Shown: positions 16,474 through 24,886 of the stretch, in pieces
Position numbering within the stretch: position 1 is the stretch's first letter
Layout: every line of letters starts with the position of its first letter
Virus record (IMG/VR): IMGVR_UViG_3300034629_000036
Location: 1 to 24,886 of that record
Strand: one strand, 5' to 3'
DNA: 24,886 nt
Source of the DNA: a virus
Lineage: Duplodnaviria > Caudoviricetes
Notes under the pieces: model-generated
The model's database searches: none
Told to the model about the DNA's origin: nothing
Seen by the model: the letters and a program-made list of their open reading frames with translations, nothing else
Program-made: the position numbers and the translations under genes

Positions 16474-16889
16474 TGCGGGACCTCCACGACATCGAGTCTG
16501 CGAGCGGTGGCGTGCGACTTCGCTGGCACGTCGATGACCTGCCAGCGGCGACCGAGCAGCGCCGGGTCCGTGCCGGGGCCGGCGACGGTGAGCTCGTACT
16601 GCCAGCCGATCTGCGGGATGGGAGCGCCGATCGGGATGTGCAGCCCGCCGTCGACCACGGGCCGCTCGACGCCTCCGACTGTGACGGTGCGGGTGTTCGT
16701 GTCGCCCTCGCGGGCGCGGCCGGCGGCCTTGCCGGGGGTGGTCCCCTGCGGGGTCCAGGTCTGGGTCTTGTACCCGTCCACGGTGGCGGACTCGGGCGAG
16801 TAGGCCGCCAGGGTGTCGAGCATCCCGGCCTCTGCGGCAGCGCGGCCGGCGGCGAGAGCGGTGGGGATCGACATCGAGGTCAGCCCCAC
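16470..16889 (-). CDS. Head-to-tail stopper (head closure protein)
   Basis: GRAAAEAGMLDT...LHIPIG...KSHATARRL pattern; follows the adaptor. Confidence 0.78.
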   Translation of the reverse strand: MGLTSMSIPTALAAGRAAAEAGMLDTLAAYSPESATVDGYKTQTWTPQGTTPGKAAGRAREGDTNTRTVTVGGVERPVVDGGLHIPIGAPIPQIGWQYELTVAGPGTDPALLGRRWQVIDVPAKSHATARRLDVVEVPQ

Positions 16890-17224
16890 AGGGAGACGCT
16901 GTAGGCGCCACCGGTGCCGGTGCCGCCGACCGTCGCGAGCTCGGCAGCCTCTGCAGCGGTGAGGTAGACCCCGGCCTGGCGGGTGTCTGCGTCGCGGCGG
17001 TAGGTGTAGTCGTCGACGGTCTCCGAGGAGTAGCCGTGGGGGTTGCGGTACGCCCGCGCGGCCACCTCGAGCGTGATGGTCTTGACGCGGGTCGGGACGG
17101 GGGCGAGGGCACCGGTGATGTCCTCGACCAGTCCGTTCGCCAGGTTGGTGAGCAGCGTGACGGCGGCGTCGGGGGCCTCGAGGCGAAGGTAGGAGGCCAG
17201 CTCTGTATCCGTGATGACGGTCAT
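16880..17224 (-). CDS. Head-to-tail adaptor
   Basis: AARAYRNPHGYSSETVDDYTY...GVYLTAAE motif; GGAGG RBS. Confidence 0.82.
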   Translation of the reverse strand: MTVITDTELASYLRLEAPDAAVTLLTNLANGLVEDITGALAPVPTRVKTITLEVAARAYRNPHGYSSETVDDYTYRRDADTRQAGVYLTAAEAAELATVGGTGTGGAYSVSLWG

Positions 17225-17259
17225 GGGGACCTCCTACCTTCGCTCGAGTGGACAGCCGG

Positions 17260-17568
17260 TCAGGAGACGGAGGTCTCGCCGGTGTCGATGTTGTGCGTGA
17301 CGGTCACCTCGGTGCCGTCGGGGCGGACCGACTTGTACTTCTCGATCCGGTCCTTGCCCTTGCGCTCCGGCTCGGTGGCCTTCTCGCCGGGCACGACCGC
17401 GTTGACGGTGCCCACGGTCACGGCCTCGTCACCCGGGCGGGGGGTGACGGAGTGCGCGGTCTCCGTGGGGTCGGTCGTGTCGGCCGGCCCGTCGCCGGGG
17501 GCGGTGGTGGACGGCTTGGTGACGTCCGTGTCGAGCCGGGTCTCGCCCGGGTTCTTGCGTGCAGCCAT
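17260..17568 (-). CDS. Hypothetical virion-associated protein (102 aa)
   Basis: GAGGAG RBS; directly after the capsid gene; Thr/Pro/Asp-rich. Confidence 0.7.
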   Translation of the reverse strand: MAARKNPGETRLDTDVTKPSTTAPGDGPADTTDPTETAHSVTPRPGDEAVTVGTVNAVVPGEKATEPERKGKDRIEKYKSVRPDGTEVTVTHNIDTGETSVS

Positions 17569-17585
17569 GTTGCTCTCCTCCGAGA

Positions 17586-18530
17586 TCAGGCGGCGAGGAC
17601 GCCGCGGAGACGGGCCGCGGCCTTGCCACCGAAGGTGGCGAGGCCGCAGTAGAACTCGATCCGGGTGCGGAAGACGGGCTTGTCGTCCACCTCGCCCAGG
17701 TCGCGGACGGACACGCCGCCGTTGGTCAGGCCGGTGACCCCGCCGTCGTTCTCGTCCTGGCCGAACTTCACGGCGTAGATCGAGGACGCCGCGGTCGAGG
17801 TGCCCTGGGTCTCGGTCTGCGGGATGATGTCGGCGCCGGCGGCGGTCTGCCCGATGTCGAGCAGCGGGATGCCGTTGTAGGTCGCGACCCGCTTGCCCGT
17901 GAGGGCGTCGACGACCATCTCGGCGCCGCCGAGGCGACGGGCCGAGGACATGATGCGGGCGATGACGCCGCGGTTCGCGTAGAGCGCACCGTTGTTGGCG
18001 GTCAGGCCCGGCACCTGGGCGACGAGCGCGTCGAGGGAGTCGAAGAAGTCGTGGCCGGCCGCGACCGGGCCCATGCCGTTGACGTCGGCGTCGAGCACCT
18101 GACCACCGGTGAGGCGCTTCTTCAGGCCGTCGAAGCCCTTGGCGTCCACGGCCACGTCACCGTTGATGAAGTGGTCCTGGAACTTGTAGGCCGCGGCCTT
18201 GACCTTCAGCGCCGTCTGCGCGGCGCGCTGGTCGTTGAGGTTGCCGCGGGTCTGGACGATGAAGCGGTCCACGTCGGCGTCGCCACCGAGGATGACCAGG
18301 GACTCCGAGGCCTGCACGAACGTGCCGGTCGACTCGGTGTAGGCCTCGTTGACCGACCGGAAGGCGACCCCGGGCAGGGTGGCCTCCTTGTTGTAGGCGT
18401 AGGCGTTGCCCTCGATGGTCATGAGCGGGATGCGGTCGAGCAGCGGGGACTCCTGGACGAAGACCTCGAGCACGCCGCGCTGCAGGTCGTCCTGGGAGAG
18501 GACGGCAGCCTGCGCAAGAGTGACAGCCAT
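17586..18530 (-). CDS. Major capsid protein
   Basis: 314 aa after the scaffold, AAAGGA RBS, strongest codon bias; LGGDADVDRF, FDGLKKRL, AAARLRGV motifs. Confidence 0.9.
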   Translation of the reverse strand: MAVTLAQAAVLSQDDLQRGVLEVFVQESPLLDRIPLMTIEGNAYAYNKEATLPGVAFRSVNEAYTESTGTFVQASESLVILGGDADVDRFIVQTRGNLNDQRAAQTALKVKAAAYKFQDHFINGDVAVDAKGFDGLKKRLTGGQVLDADVNGMGPVAAGHDFFDSLDALVAQVPGLTANNGALYANRGVIARIMSSARRLGGAEMVVDALTGKRVATYNGIPLLDIGQTAAGADIIPQTETQGTSTAASSIYAVKFGQDENDGGVTGLTNGGVSVRDLGEVDDKPVFRTRIEFYCGLATFGGKAAARLRGVLAA

Positions 18531-18580
18531 GTGACTGTTCCTTTCTCAGGTGGTGCCTGCAGCAGGTTGCTGAAGGCTGG

Positions 18581-19276
18581 TCAGGACTTGCTGGTGCCGG
18601 CGTAGACCGACGCGAGCCGAGCTCGACCCGGTCCCGGGTCGGGCTTGGTGTTCGAGCCGGTCGTGCCGATGCCGGCGTCTGCAGCCGTTGCGGTCGTGCT
18701 GCCGGTGTCGATCAGGTACGGCTTGGACTTGGCCAGGCCATCCACGAGCGCCTTGAGCGCCGTCTGGTCGACGTCGCCGTCGTCGTCGACGGTGATGTCG
18801 TTGAGCTTGTCGCCCAACTGGGCGAGGACGTCGCCGGGGTCGCGGAACTTCGCGGTCGCGGCGAGCGCCTTGACCTCGGCCCGCACGATCCGGGCGTTGG
18901 CGCGCTGGCTGGCAGCCGACTCGCCCTCCTTGCGGGCAGCGTCGATCGCCTTCTCCTGCTCGGTCTTGCTTGCGTTGCGCAGCTTCTCGAGCTCGGTCTG
19001 GGTCTGCTTCAGCTCGGCGCGGGCGGCGTTGCGGTCGGCCTTCATGCGGTCGATGGCCTGCTTGCCCTTGTCGCCGAGCGCGTCGCTGTCGGGGTCTTCA
19101 CCCCCGGCCGCCCCGTCCGCGGTGCTGGTGCCCGCGTCGCCTTCTCCGGCGGCGCTGGCGGCCCCCTCGGCCTCCATGGTCCAGCCGGCGAACCGGGCCC
19201 GGTTGTGGGCCATGATCGCCTCGACCGTGGTGGTGATGGTCTCGGGGATGGTGAACGGGTGGTCGTGCTGCTTCAT
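18581..19276 (-). CDS. Capsid scaffolding protein
   Basis: Acidic linker, LGDKGKQAIDRMKADR coiled coil, KPYL and ADAG motifs; directly before the capsid gene. Confidence 0.85.
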   Translation of the reverse strand: MKQHDHPFTIPETITTTVEAIMAHNRARFAGWTMEAEGAASAAGEGDAGTSTADGAAGGEDPDSDALGDKGKQAIDRMKADRNAARAELKQTQTELEKLRNASKTEQEKAIDAARKEGESAASQRANARIVRAEVKALAATAKFRDPGDVLAQLGDKLNDITVDDDGDVDQTALKALVDGLAKSKPYLIDTGSTTATAADAGIGTTGSNTKPDPGPGRARLASVYAGTSKS

Positions 19277-19281
19277 GGTGC

Positions 19282-19318
19282 CTCCGTTGCGGAGCGGCCC
19301 GGCGCCTTGCGCGTCGGG
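19282..19318 (-). promoter_or_regulatory. Tandem GCAAG/GCAAC-loop hairpins covering the scaffold RBS
   Basis: CCCGACGC-GCAAG-GCGCCGGG then CTCC-GCAAC-GGAG; the 3' arm is the GGAG of the RBS. Confidence 0.55.
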
Positions 19319-19322
19319 AGGT

Positions 19323-20405
19323 CTAGGTGATGAAGCCGTAGAGCTTCAGCAGGCGGATCACCTCGGCGCGGTCGCCGCCGGCGATCTCGTAGATGGACTC
19401 GGGCATCAGCCGGAAGGGACGCTTGGTGCCCATCGCCGTGCGGCTCAGACCGCGCGCCGTGACGCCCTCGTTCGTGACGAACACGCCACGCCCGAACACC
19501 TCGGTGCGGACCAGCCGGCCCTTCGGTATCCAGCCCCGCTGGTTGCGCGCCGCGGTCTCCATGCCTCGGCGTGCGTTCACGACCTGGTTGATGTCGGCGC
19601 CGTCTCGGATGGCCTGCGCGCCGGCGCCGGTGAAGATGTCTTCCTGGCTGACCAGGCCAAGCTCGCGTCGCATCGCGACGGTGAGCTCGGGGTACTGGTC
19701 GGCGAGGTCGGCGGCGGTGGGCAGGGAGTCGAAGTAGTCGCCGGGGTTGACCCGGATGTCCGCGTCGTCCTTCTCCGCGTAGGGGATGTGGACGCAGTCG
19801 CAGCGGGGGTGCCGGTCGAAGCCGTCGTTCCACAGGTAGAAGCGGCCGGCGAGGACGACGCAGCGCGAGCACGAGGGCGGGTTCAGCATCCGCACGTATC
19901 CCTCGACCCACTCGCGGGGGGCGATGGCCGCCTCTTCGGTGGCTCGAGCGGTGTCGGCGAGGATGGTCTCGACGGTCATGTCGAGCCACTTCTCGGCGGC
20001 CTCGAACGCCTGCTGGACCTCTTCGGCGGGGGAGAGCCCCGCCGGCGAGCTGGCAGCGAACGCGCCGCCGGCGCGGACCACGGCGCCCTCGAGGAGCGTC
20101 GCGACGGGCCGTCCGTCGCCTGCCCATCCGGCGAACGCGTTGGGGAGCACTAGCCCCGGCTCTACGCGTGGCCCGAAGTCGAGCTCGTTGAGCACGTCGG
20201 CGATGTAGGTGTCGGACTCTCGTGTCGCCGCGACCTGCGCGGCGATGACGAGCGCCGCCATCTTCGGGCCCACGTCCTCGCGGTACTGCTGGCGCCAGTT
20301 CCGGCCCGGCTCCATGCGCCGCCACGCCCGGCGGGTGCCGGCCACGACGGTCGCCTTGAGGCGCTGGAGGTTGCGGTAGTGGGCGCTACTCGAACGCGGA
20401 AGCAT
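19323..20405 (-). CDS. MuF-like head morphogenesis / minor capsid protein
   Basis: Between portal and scaffold; CSRC...HPRCDC motif. Confidence 0.8.
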   Translation of the reverse strand: MLPRSSSAHYRNLQRLKATVVAGTRRAWRRMEPGRNWRQQYREDVGPKMAALVIAAQVAATRESDTYIADVLNELDFGPRVEPGLVLPNAFAGWAGDGRPVATLLEGAVVRAGGAFAASSPAGLSPAEEVQQAFEAAEKWLDMTVETILADTARATEEAAIAPREWVEGYVRMLNPPSCSRCVVLAGRFYLWNDGFDRHPRCDCVHIPYAEKDDADIRVNPGDYFDSLPTAADLADQYPELTVAMRRELGLVSQEDIFTGAGAQAIRDGADINQVVNARRGMETAARNQRGWIPKGRLVRTEVFGRGVFVTNEGVTARGLSRTAMGTKRPFRLMPESIYEIAGGDRAEVIRLLKLYGFIT

Positions 20406-21834
20406 CGGTCAGCGTCCGCGTCAGCCGCTCGAGGGTCGGGTCGGACTGCTCCGCCTCGACCTGTTCCATCCACTGGTCAACCTTCGTCAGCGTCGCCCCG
20501 GGGACCATCTCGAACGCGGCACGCCGCGGGAACCCGACCTGGATGAGCTTCACGATCGCGTCCACGGTCTGGGAGAACGAGCGGGCCTCGGCGTCGGCCC
20601 AGATCACCTCGGAGGCCAGGTCCTCGGCGTTCTCGCCGCGCGCCTTGTTCGCGAGCCGCATGACCTGCTCGTGGGACTCCCCGGCCGCCGTCTGCAGGTC
20701 CTGCACGAGTGCCTGCAGGGTCGACTCGGCGCCGGCGAGGGCGTCCCCGGAGAGGTTGGCCATCCGGGTCAGCAGGTACTGCGGGGGCACCTGGCCGGTG
20801 GCGAAGAACTGCGAGAGCAGCGCGTCGAGGACCTCGATGTAGTTCTTGAGGTTCGACTCGGGCAGGTCGAAGACCTTGGTGTCCTTGCCGGGGAACACCA
20901 GGGCCCGGTCGACGCCGACGCGGCCCGGGGTGTTCAGGACCGGCATCTTCTGGCCCTGGCCGTCGAGCTTGAACGAGCCGTCGGTGTGGGTCTGGTAGAC
21001 GGGCTTGCCCTGGTTGTCGCGCACGACCGGGTCGTAGCCGGTGAACACGCGCTGCCGGAAGGCCGAGAACTGCATGGCCAGGAGCGTGTTGAACCGCACT
21101 GTGTTGATGGCGTCCTGCTGCGGCATCAGCGCGTCGATCGAGGGGTGGAGGTCGCCGTCTTCGTCCTCGTTGAGCGAGTACGGCACGAACGGCGACTCTC
21201 CGAACGGGTTGGCGCCCTTCTGCTCGAAGGTCCACACGCCGCCGTTGTTCGGCCGGCTGAACCGCCACCACTCCTCGTCGTCGTACACGACCGCGATCTG
21301 CGTCCCGGTGGGCGCCGGCTTCGGCGTCCACAGCACGCTGGGGGTGCTCTTGCGCATCGAGAACGTCTTGACCGACCACATCACCCGGGTGGGGTCCTCG
21401 GGGTCGCGCTCGAGGTGGACCCGCTTACTGGACTCCACGCGCATGATCGGCGACTGGGGGCGGGCCTTGTTGGGCCACACGGCCATGATCCCGAGGTCGT
21501 GGACCATCATGTTTACGTACAGCAGCCGCTGCTTCAGGTCGCCCTTGTTGGGCTGCCACACGTCCTGCCAGGCGGTCTTGTCGGCCTCCTGGTCGCGGCC
21601 GGTGCGGAACCCGTCGACGCGCAGGCGCTGCACGGGGGCGAGCAGCGCGAGCTTGATCCAGTTCGCGACCGACTGCTCCCGCAGTGTCTCGTACTCGTCG
21701 TTGACGCCCTCCGGGGCGTAGGGGAGGTCCTGCTCGCCGTCGAAGTAGTCGCGCCGGCGCTTCCACTTCGCCTCGTTGGCCTTCAGCGTCGCGAGCGCGA
21801 GGTCGATCCGGTCGAGGGCGGTCGCCTTGTCCAC
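20386..21834 (-). CDS. Portal protein (SPP1 gp6-like)
   Basis: 482 aa; YFDGEQ, QDAIN...QFSAFRQR, NLSGDAL motifs; GGAGGGAG RBS. Confidence 0.92.
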   Translation of the reverse strand: MDKATALDRIDLALATLKANEAKWKRRRDYFDGEQDLPYAPEGVNDEYETLREQSVANWIKLALLAPVQRLRVDGFRTGRDQEADKTAWQDVWQPNKGDLKQRLLYVNMMVHDLGIMAVWPNKARPQSPIMRVESSKRVHLERDPEDPTRVMWSVKTFSMRKSTPSVLWTPKPAPTGTQIAVVYDDEEWWRFSRPNNGGVWTFEQKGANPFGESPFVPYSLNEDEDGDLHPSIDALMPQQDAINTVRFNTLLAMQFSAFRQRVFTGYDPVVRDNQGKPVYQTHTDGSFKLDGQGQKMPVLNTPGRVGVDRALVFPGKDTKVFDLPESNLKNYIEVLDALLSQFFATGQVPPQYLLTRMANLSGDALAGAESTLQALVQDLQTAAGESHEQVMRLANKARGENAEDLASEVIWADAEARSFSQTVDAIVKLIQVGFPRRAAFEMVPGATLTKVDQWMEQVEAEQSDPTLERLTRTLTDASAFE

Positions 21835-21854
21835 GGTGGCGCTCCCTCCTGTGC

Positions 21855-22286
21855 CTAGGTGCTGGGGGTCTTTCGTCGGCAGGCTCGGCAGAGCCGCGAG
21901 CCGCGGTACCAGTAGGTGTTGGACTCGGTGAACTCGTGCCCGTGCTTGCAGTGGGTCCTGATGCGGTAGTGGTGGACGCCGCGGGCGAGGTTCACGCCAC
22001 GAGTGACCGGCTCGAGGTGGTCAGGGTTGACGCATCGGCGCACTCGGCAGAGGTGATCGAGGTCAAGACCGGGAGGGATCGATCCGCGGAGATCGTTCCA
22101 GGCCCACAGGTGCGCCATCTTCAGTGACTTGCCGACTCGGAACTGGCCGTATCCCTTAGAGGTGGATGCGGTCCACACCCAGCATGGTCCCAGTTCAGGA
22201 CGCTCGACGGGCGTGGGACCGTGCTTGTCGACCTTGGACCAGAATCGGAGATGGGGGTCGCGTTGGTCCTTCGGGACGCCACTCAT
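21855..22286 (-). CDS. HNH homing endonuclease
   Basis: RFWSKVDK...CWVWTA...GYGQF...DHLCRVRRCVNPDHLEPVT..VN; C-terminal HCKHGH...CRAC Zn module. Confidence 0.9.
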   Translation of the reverse strand: MSGVPKDQRDPHLRFWSKVDKHGPTPVERPELGPCWVWTASTSKGYGQFRVGKSLKMAHLWAWNDLRGSIPPGLDLDHLCRVRRCVNPDHLEPVTRGVNLARGVHHYRIRTHCKHGHEFTESNTYWYRGSRLCRACRRKTPST

Positions 22287-22618
22287 CCACGGCCCCGGCG
22301 ACTAGTCAGCCGCTCAGCCGCCGTCCGGGCAGCGGACCTGCGACGCTGCTCCTCCGTTCGAGGCTCGACGCCGAGGGCGCGCAGGAGATCATCATCCGAA
22401 TCCGCGGACGGCACCTCGGGCGCATGGAATGCCGCCAGTGCCGCCTTGTGCTCCGGTGACTGATCGTGCCGAGCGGCATAACCCTCAGCTGCGCGGAGTG
22501 CCTCCGCGTAGTTGCTACCGGCCGCCATGAAAGTCCGGCGGAAACTGCGCCCGCAGAGTCGGCAATGCACCACTCTGCCACCGGATATGGACTTCTCGGT
22601 TACCCACTTCTCTGTCAT
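22283..22618 (-). CDS. Hypothetical protein with CxxC...H...H Zn-finger-like motif
   Basis: 111 aa filling the gap after terL; HCRLCGRSF...RHDQSPEH; ATGA overlap with the HNH gene; weaker GC3 bias. Confidence 0.65.
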   Translation of the reverse strand: MTEKWVTEKSISGGRVVHCRLCGRSFRRTFMAAGSNYAEALRAAEGYAARHDQSPEHKAALAAFHAPEVPSADSDDDLLRALGVEPRTEEQRRRSAARTAAERLTSRRGRG

Positions 22619-22653
22619 GTACGGAACCGTACCACACGAATGTACGGAATCGT
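22617..22653 (-). promoter_or_regulatory. Leaderless-type promoter with 14-bp direct repeat and palindrome
   Basis: ATGTACGGAAcCGT (22617-22630) and ATGTACGGAAtCGT (22640-22653); palindrome GTACGG-AA-CCGTAC (22619-22632); minus-strand TGG-TACGGT 7 nt before ATG 22618. Confidence 0.6.
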
Positions 22654-22655
22654 TT

Positions 22656-24290
22656 CTAATTAAAGCCGTACATCACGTTGGAGATGCCGGTCTCGGCGTT
22701 GTCGGTCCAACCCGTCGAGCGGGCATCGCTGGCGGCTTCGTGGGCGAGGACGTCGGCCATCAGCGCGTCGATCTTCTGGTGCTCCGACGGCTTGCCCAGG
22801 ATGAACTTGTCGCCGGGCTTGGCGAGCTTGCGCGCGTTGAGCGCGTGGGTGCGGGTGATCTGGCAGCCGTCGTGGGTGGTCGTCCCCTCGACCAGGTCGG
22901 TGAGGTAGCGATTGAGGGCCGGGAACATCCGGGCGACCGCGTTGGTCGGCCACAGGACCACGACTTCCTCGCCGTGCTCGAGCGCCCACTGGTCGGCCTG
23001 GGTCTCCCAGTGCCGCGGGTCCACGTACATCCGCGCCACCCGGTACTGCGCGAACACCTCCGCGACCGCGGCGATGACCTCGGAGCGTGGAACGCGGCCC
23101 TCCCACTCGGCCGGGTTCCAGATCGTCGGCCGGGCGTCGGGGCCGTAGGTCGGGGTGAACCGGTGACCGCTGCGGGTCTCGGCCCGCAACGCTGTCCAGT
23201 CGCCGGAGAACGAGCCGTCGAACCCGAGCGAGATCGCGTCCTCGTCCTTCGCGCGGCCCGAGGTCTGCGCGGTCCACAGCTCGTCGGTGAGGAAGGAGCC
23301 GAGGCCCTGCACGAGTCGGTTCCCGAAGAACCGCTCGGCCTGGGTGGGGTCGGTCTCGATGAGCTCGTCGGCCTCCGCGTCGACGCTGGCGACCTCGACC
23401 CACGGGGAGTCGGCGTAGGCGTAGACGTGGATCTTGTGCCGGTCGCGCTTCTTCTTGTAGTCCAGGTCGGCGGGGGGCTTCCGGTAGTACCGGAAGATGT
23501 CCTTGGCTCGGGACTCGAACGCCTGCTGGGCGGCCGAGTTCTCCATCGGGTCCCAGGGGTTCGTCAGCTCGATCGTGCGGCCTTGCATGGCCGCGATGCC
23601 GCGGCGCATGGTCTGCCAGGTGTCGAGGACCTTGTTGGAGGTCGTGTAGAGCCCCGACTCGTCGCCGAGGCCTCCCGTCAGGGGCTGCCCGAGCTTCGAC
23701 TTCGCCGCCGAGGAGAGGGGGACGATCTTCCCCCGGTTCGGGAGACGGATGAAGCCCTCGCGGACGTGGACGAACTCCGAGAGCGGGCCCGCGTGGATCA
23801 TCGTCTGTAGCGGCTCGTAGACGTTCTGGGTCTGGCTCTCGGCGTAGGCCAGCAGCCCTAGCAGCGACTTGCGCCGCGGTGCGCCCATGGCCTCGCCGGC
23901 CTCGTAGACGTACTGCCAGCCGCAGCCGCAGCCGTGCTGCGCGCAGTCGTAGACCTCGCCGCCCTTCGCCCACCCGGCGAACAGGGTGGGGCCGACGCCC
24001 TCGGCGAGGAGCATCCCGGCACCCCACGGCGACTTGCCGCACTTCTGCGGGCCGACGATGACCGAGCGGCGGTAGTGGAACGGCACCGCCAGGCGACGCG
24101 GGTCCAGCACCGCCTTCGGCTTCACCCGATAGTGGTTGGCCGCGCAGAAGAGCTGCCAGCCGTTGAACGTCAGCGGCTCGCCTTCATAGACGCCGCCCGG
24201 GACCCGGCAGTGCGCCTCGACCCAGTCGGTGACCAGGAACCCGAGGGTGTGCAGGGGGTTGAAGTCCAGGGCGAGCGGGTCAGGTTCCAT
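22656..24290 (-). CDS. terL: Terminase large subunit
   Basis: Walker A VIVGPQKCGKS, Walker B GLGDES, nuclease LGFDGS...D and KIDALMA. Confidence 0.93.
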   Translation of the reverse strand: MEPDPLALDFNPLHTLGFLVTDWVEAHCRVPGGVYEGEPLTFNGWQLFCAANHYRVKPKAVLDPRRLAVPFHYRRSVIVGPQKCGKSPWGAGMLLAEGVGPTLFAGWAKGGEVYDCAQHGCGCGWQYVYEAGEAMGAPRRKSLLGLLAYAESQTQNVYEPLQTMIHAGPLSEFVHVREGFIRLPNRGKIVPLSSAAKSKLGQPLTGGLGDESGLYTTSNKVLDTWQTMRRGIAAMQGRTIELTNPWDPMENSAAQQAFESRAKDIFRYYRKPPADLDYKKKRDRHKIHVYAYADSPWVEVASVDAEADELIETDPTQAERFFGNRLVQGLGSFLTDELWTAQTSGRAKDEDAISLGFDGSFSGDWTALRAETRSGHRFTPTYGPDARPTIWNPAEWEGRVPRSEVIAAVAEVFAQYRVARMYVDPRHWETQADQWALEHGEEVVVLWPTNAVARMFPALNRYLTDLVEGTTTHDGCQITRTHALNARKLAKPGDKFILGKPSEHQKIDALMADVLAHEAASDARSTGWTDNAETGISNVMYGFN

Positions 24291-24756
24291 CCGCCGTGGC
24301 CAGCTTCATCCGGTCTCGCGATGACGCCGGCTTCTTCGCGGCGGGGGCGGCTTCGGCTCGTCTCTCGGCGACCTCGTCGACGGCGACGCGCCACCCCATC
24401 TCGGCCAGGCCGGCGGTCGTCATCCCGATCTGGTCGGCGAAGCGGTGCAGCTGGCCCAGGTGCGCGGCGCCGGCTTCGGGGGACTCGCAGCGCACCGACA
24501 GCCGGACCCACATGGCCACGGTCCGCACCCGCCAACGCTCGGAGGGCAGCGACCAGGCGCACGCCTGGGGAGTGGCCCAAGCCTCGGCCCACACCGCGAG
24601 CTCGCGGTCGGTGGCCTCGGGCAGCGGGAAGTCGGGGACCGGGCCGTCGTAGCCCTCGGCCGGCAGGGCGGTGAGCTTGTAGCCCCGGGCATCGCTTCGC
24701 CCCGAGTCGGGGTCTGCCTTCGGCCCGGATCGGTTCCGGGCGCCACCCTGTGCCAT
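24280..24756 (-). CDS. terS: Terminase small subunit
   Basis: MAQGGARNRSGP...W..AW.TPQA..W...DQIGMT..GL...GW pattern; overlaps the terL start. Confidence 0.82.
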   Translation of the reverse strand: MAQGGARNRSGPKADPDSGRSDARGYKLTALPAEGYDGPVPDFPLPEATDRELAVWAEAWATPQACAWSLPSERWRVRTVAMWVRLSVRCESPEAGAAHLGQLHRFADQIGMTTAGLAEMGWRVAVDEVAERRAEAAPAAKKPASSRDRMKLATADGT

Positions 24757-24772
24757 CGCTCATCACGCTCCC

Positions 24773-24820
24773 GCGGCGTTGCGCCGCATCGAGTCGACGC
24801 GCAGCCTTGCGCTATGCGTC
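24773..24820 (-). promoter_or_regulatory. Tandem GCAAG/GCAAC-loop hairpins upstream of terS
   Basis: GACGCATAGC-GCAAG-GCTGCGCGTC then GCGGC-GCAAC-GCCGC, directly before the GGAG RBS. Confidence 0.55.
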
Positions 24821-24886
24821 TGGTGGTATGCGCGGGAAGGTTTGAACCCTCCGCACCTTTTTCACACCTCCCCCGCGCCCCCCCTC

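Noticed and set aside
16474-17112. N-terminal extension of the 350-aa ORF 16060..17112 (likewise 15630..15875 and 6000..6110)
   Set aside because: Overlaps bona fide genes in other frames; better starts with RBS or stop/start overlap exist at 16473, 15629 and 5999
21855-22655. Group I intron or intein in terL/portal carrying the HNH
   Set aside because: terL and portal are each complete uninterrupted ORFs; the HNH is free-standing with no room for intron core structure
24832-24854. tRNA-like T-arm (GGTTCAAA)
   Set aside because: No D-arm, anticodon arm or acceptor stem can be folded around it

Overview
High-GC siphovirus (actinobacteriophage or prophage) late region, read on the minus strand from the right end of the window: terminase small and large subunits, an inserted Zn-finger-like gene and an HNH endonuclease, portal, MuF-like head protein, scaffold, major capsid, head-tail connectors, major tail protein, tail assembly chaperone with a -1 slippery site, tape measure, minor tail and fibre proteins, three membrane proteins, then amidase endolysin, holin and an EEP-family nuclease/phosphatase ending at a strong hairpin. 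The most unusual part is a counter-oriented cassette at about 2700-3732 that splits the lysis region. It has four copies of a 14-bp palindrome (GGTGTYATGACACS), back-to-back leaderless-type promoters whose ATGs lie inside the outer palindromes, two unknown genes and a ribbon-helix-helix (RHH) regulator. Its leftward promoter points through a doubly frameshifted HNH gene into endolysin-holin. A paralogous RHH gene lies on the other side of the lysis genes at the window start. Recurrent RNA-level motifs (tandem GCAAG/GCAAC-loop hairpins; a hairpin loop complementary to RBS-proximal repeats) precede several structural genes. All calls come from reading the sequence and from known phage synteny; no database searches were run.
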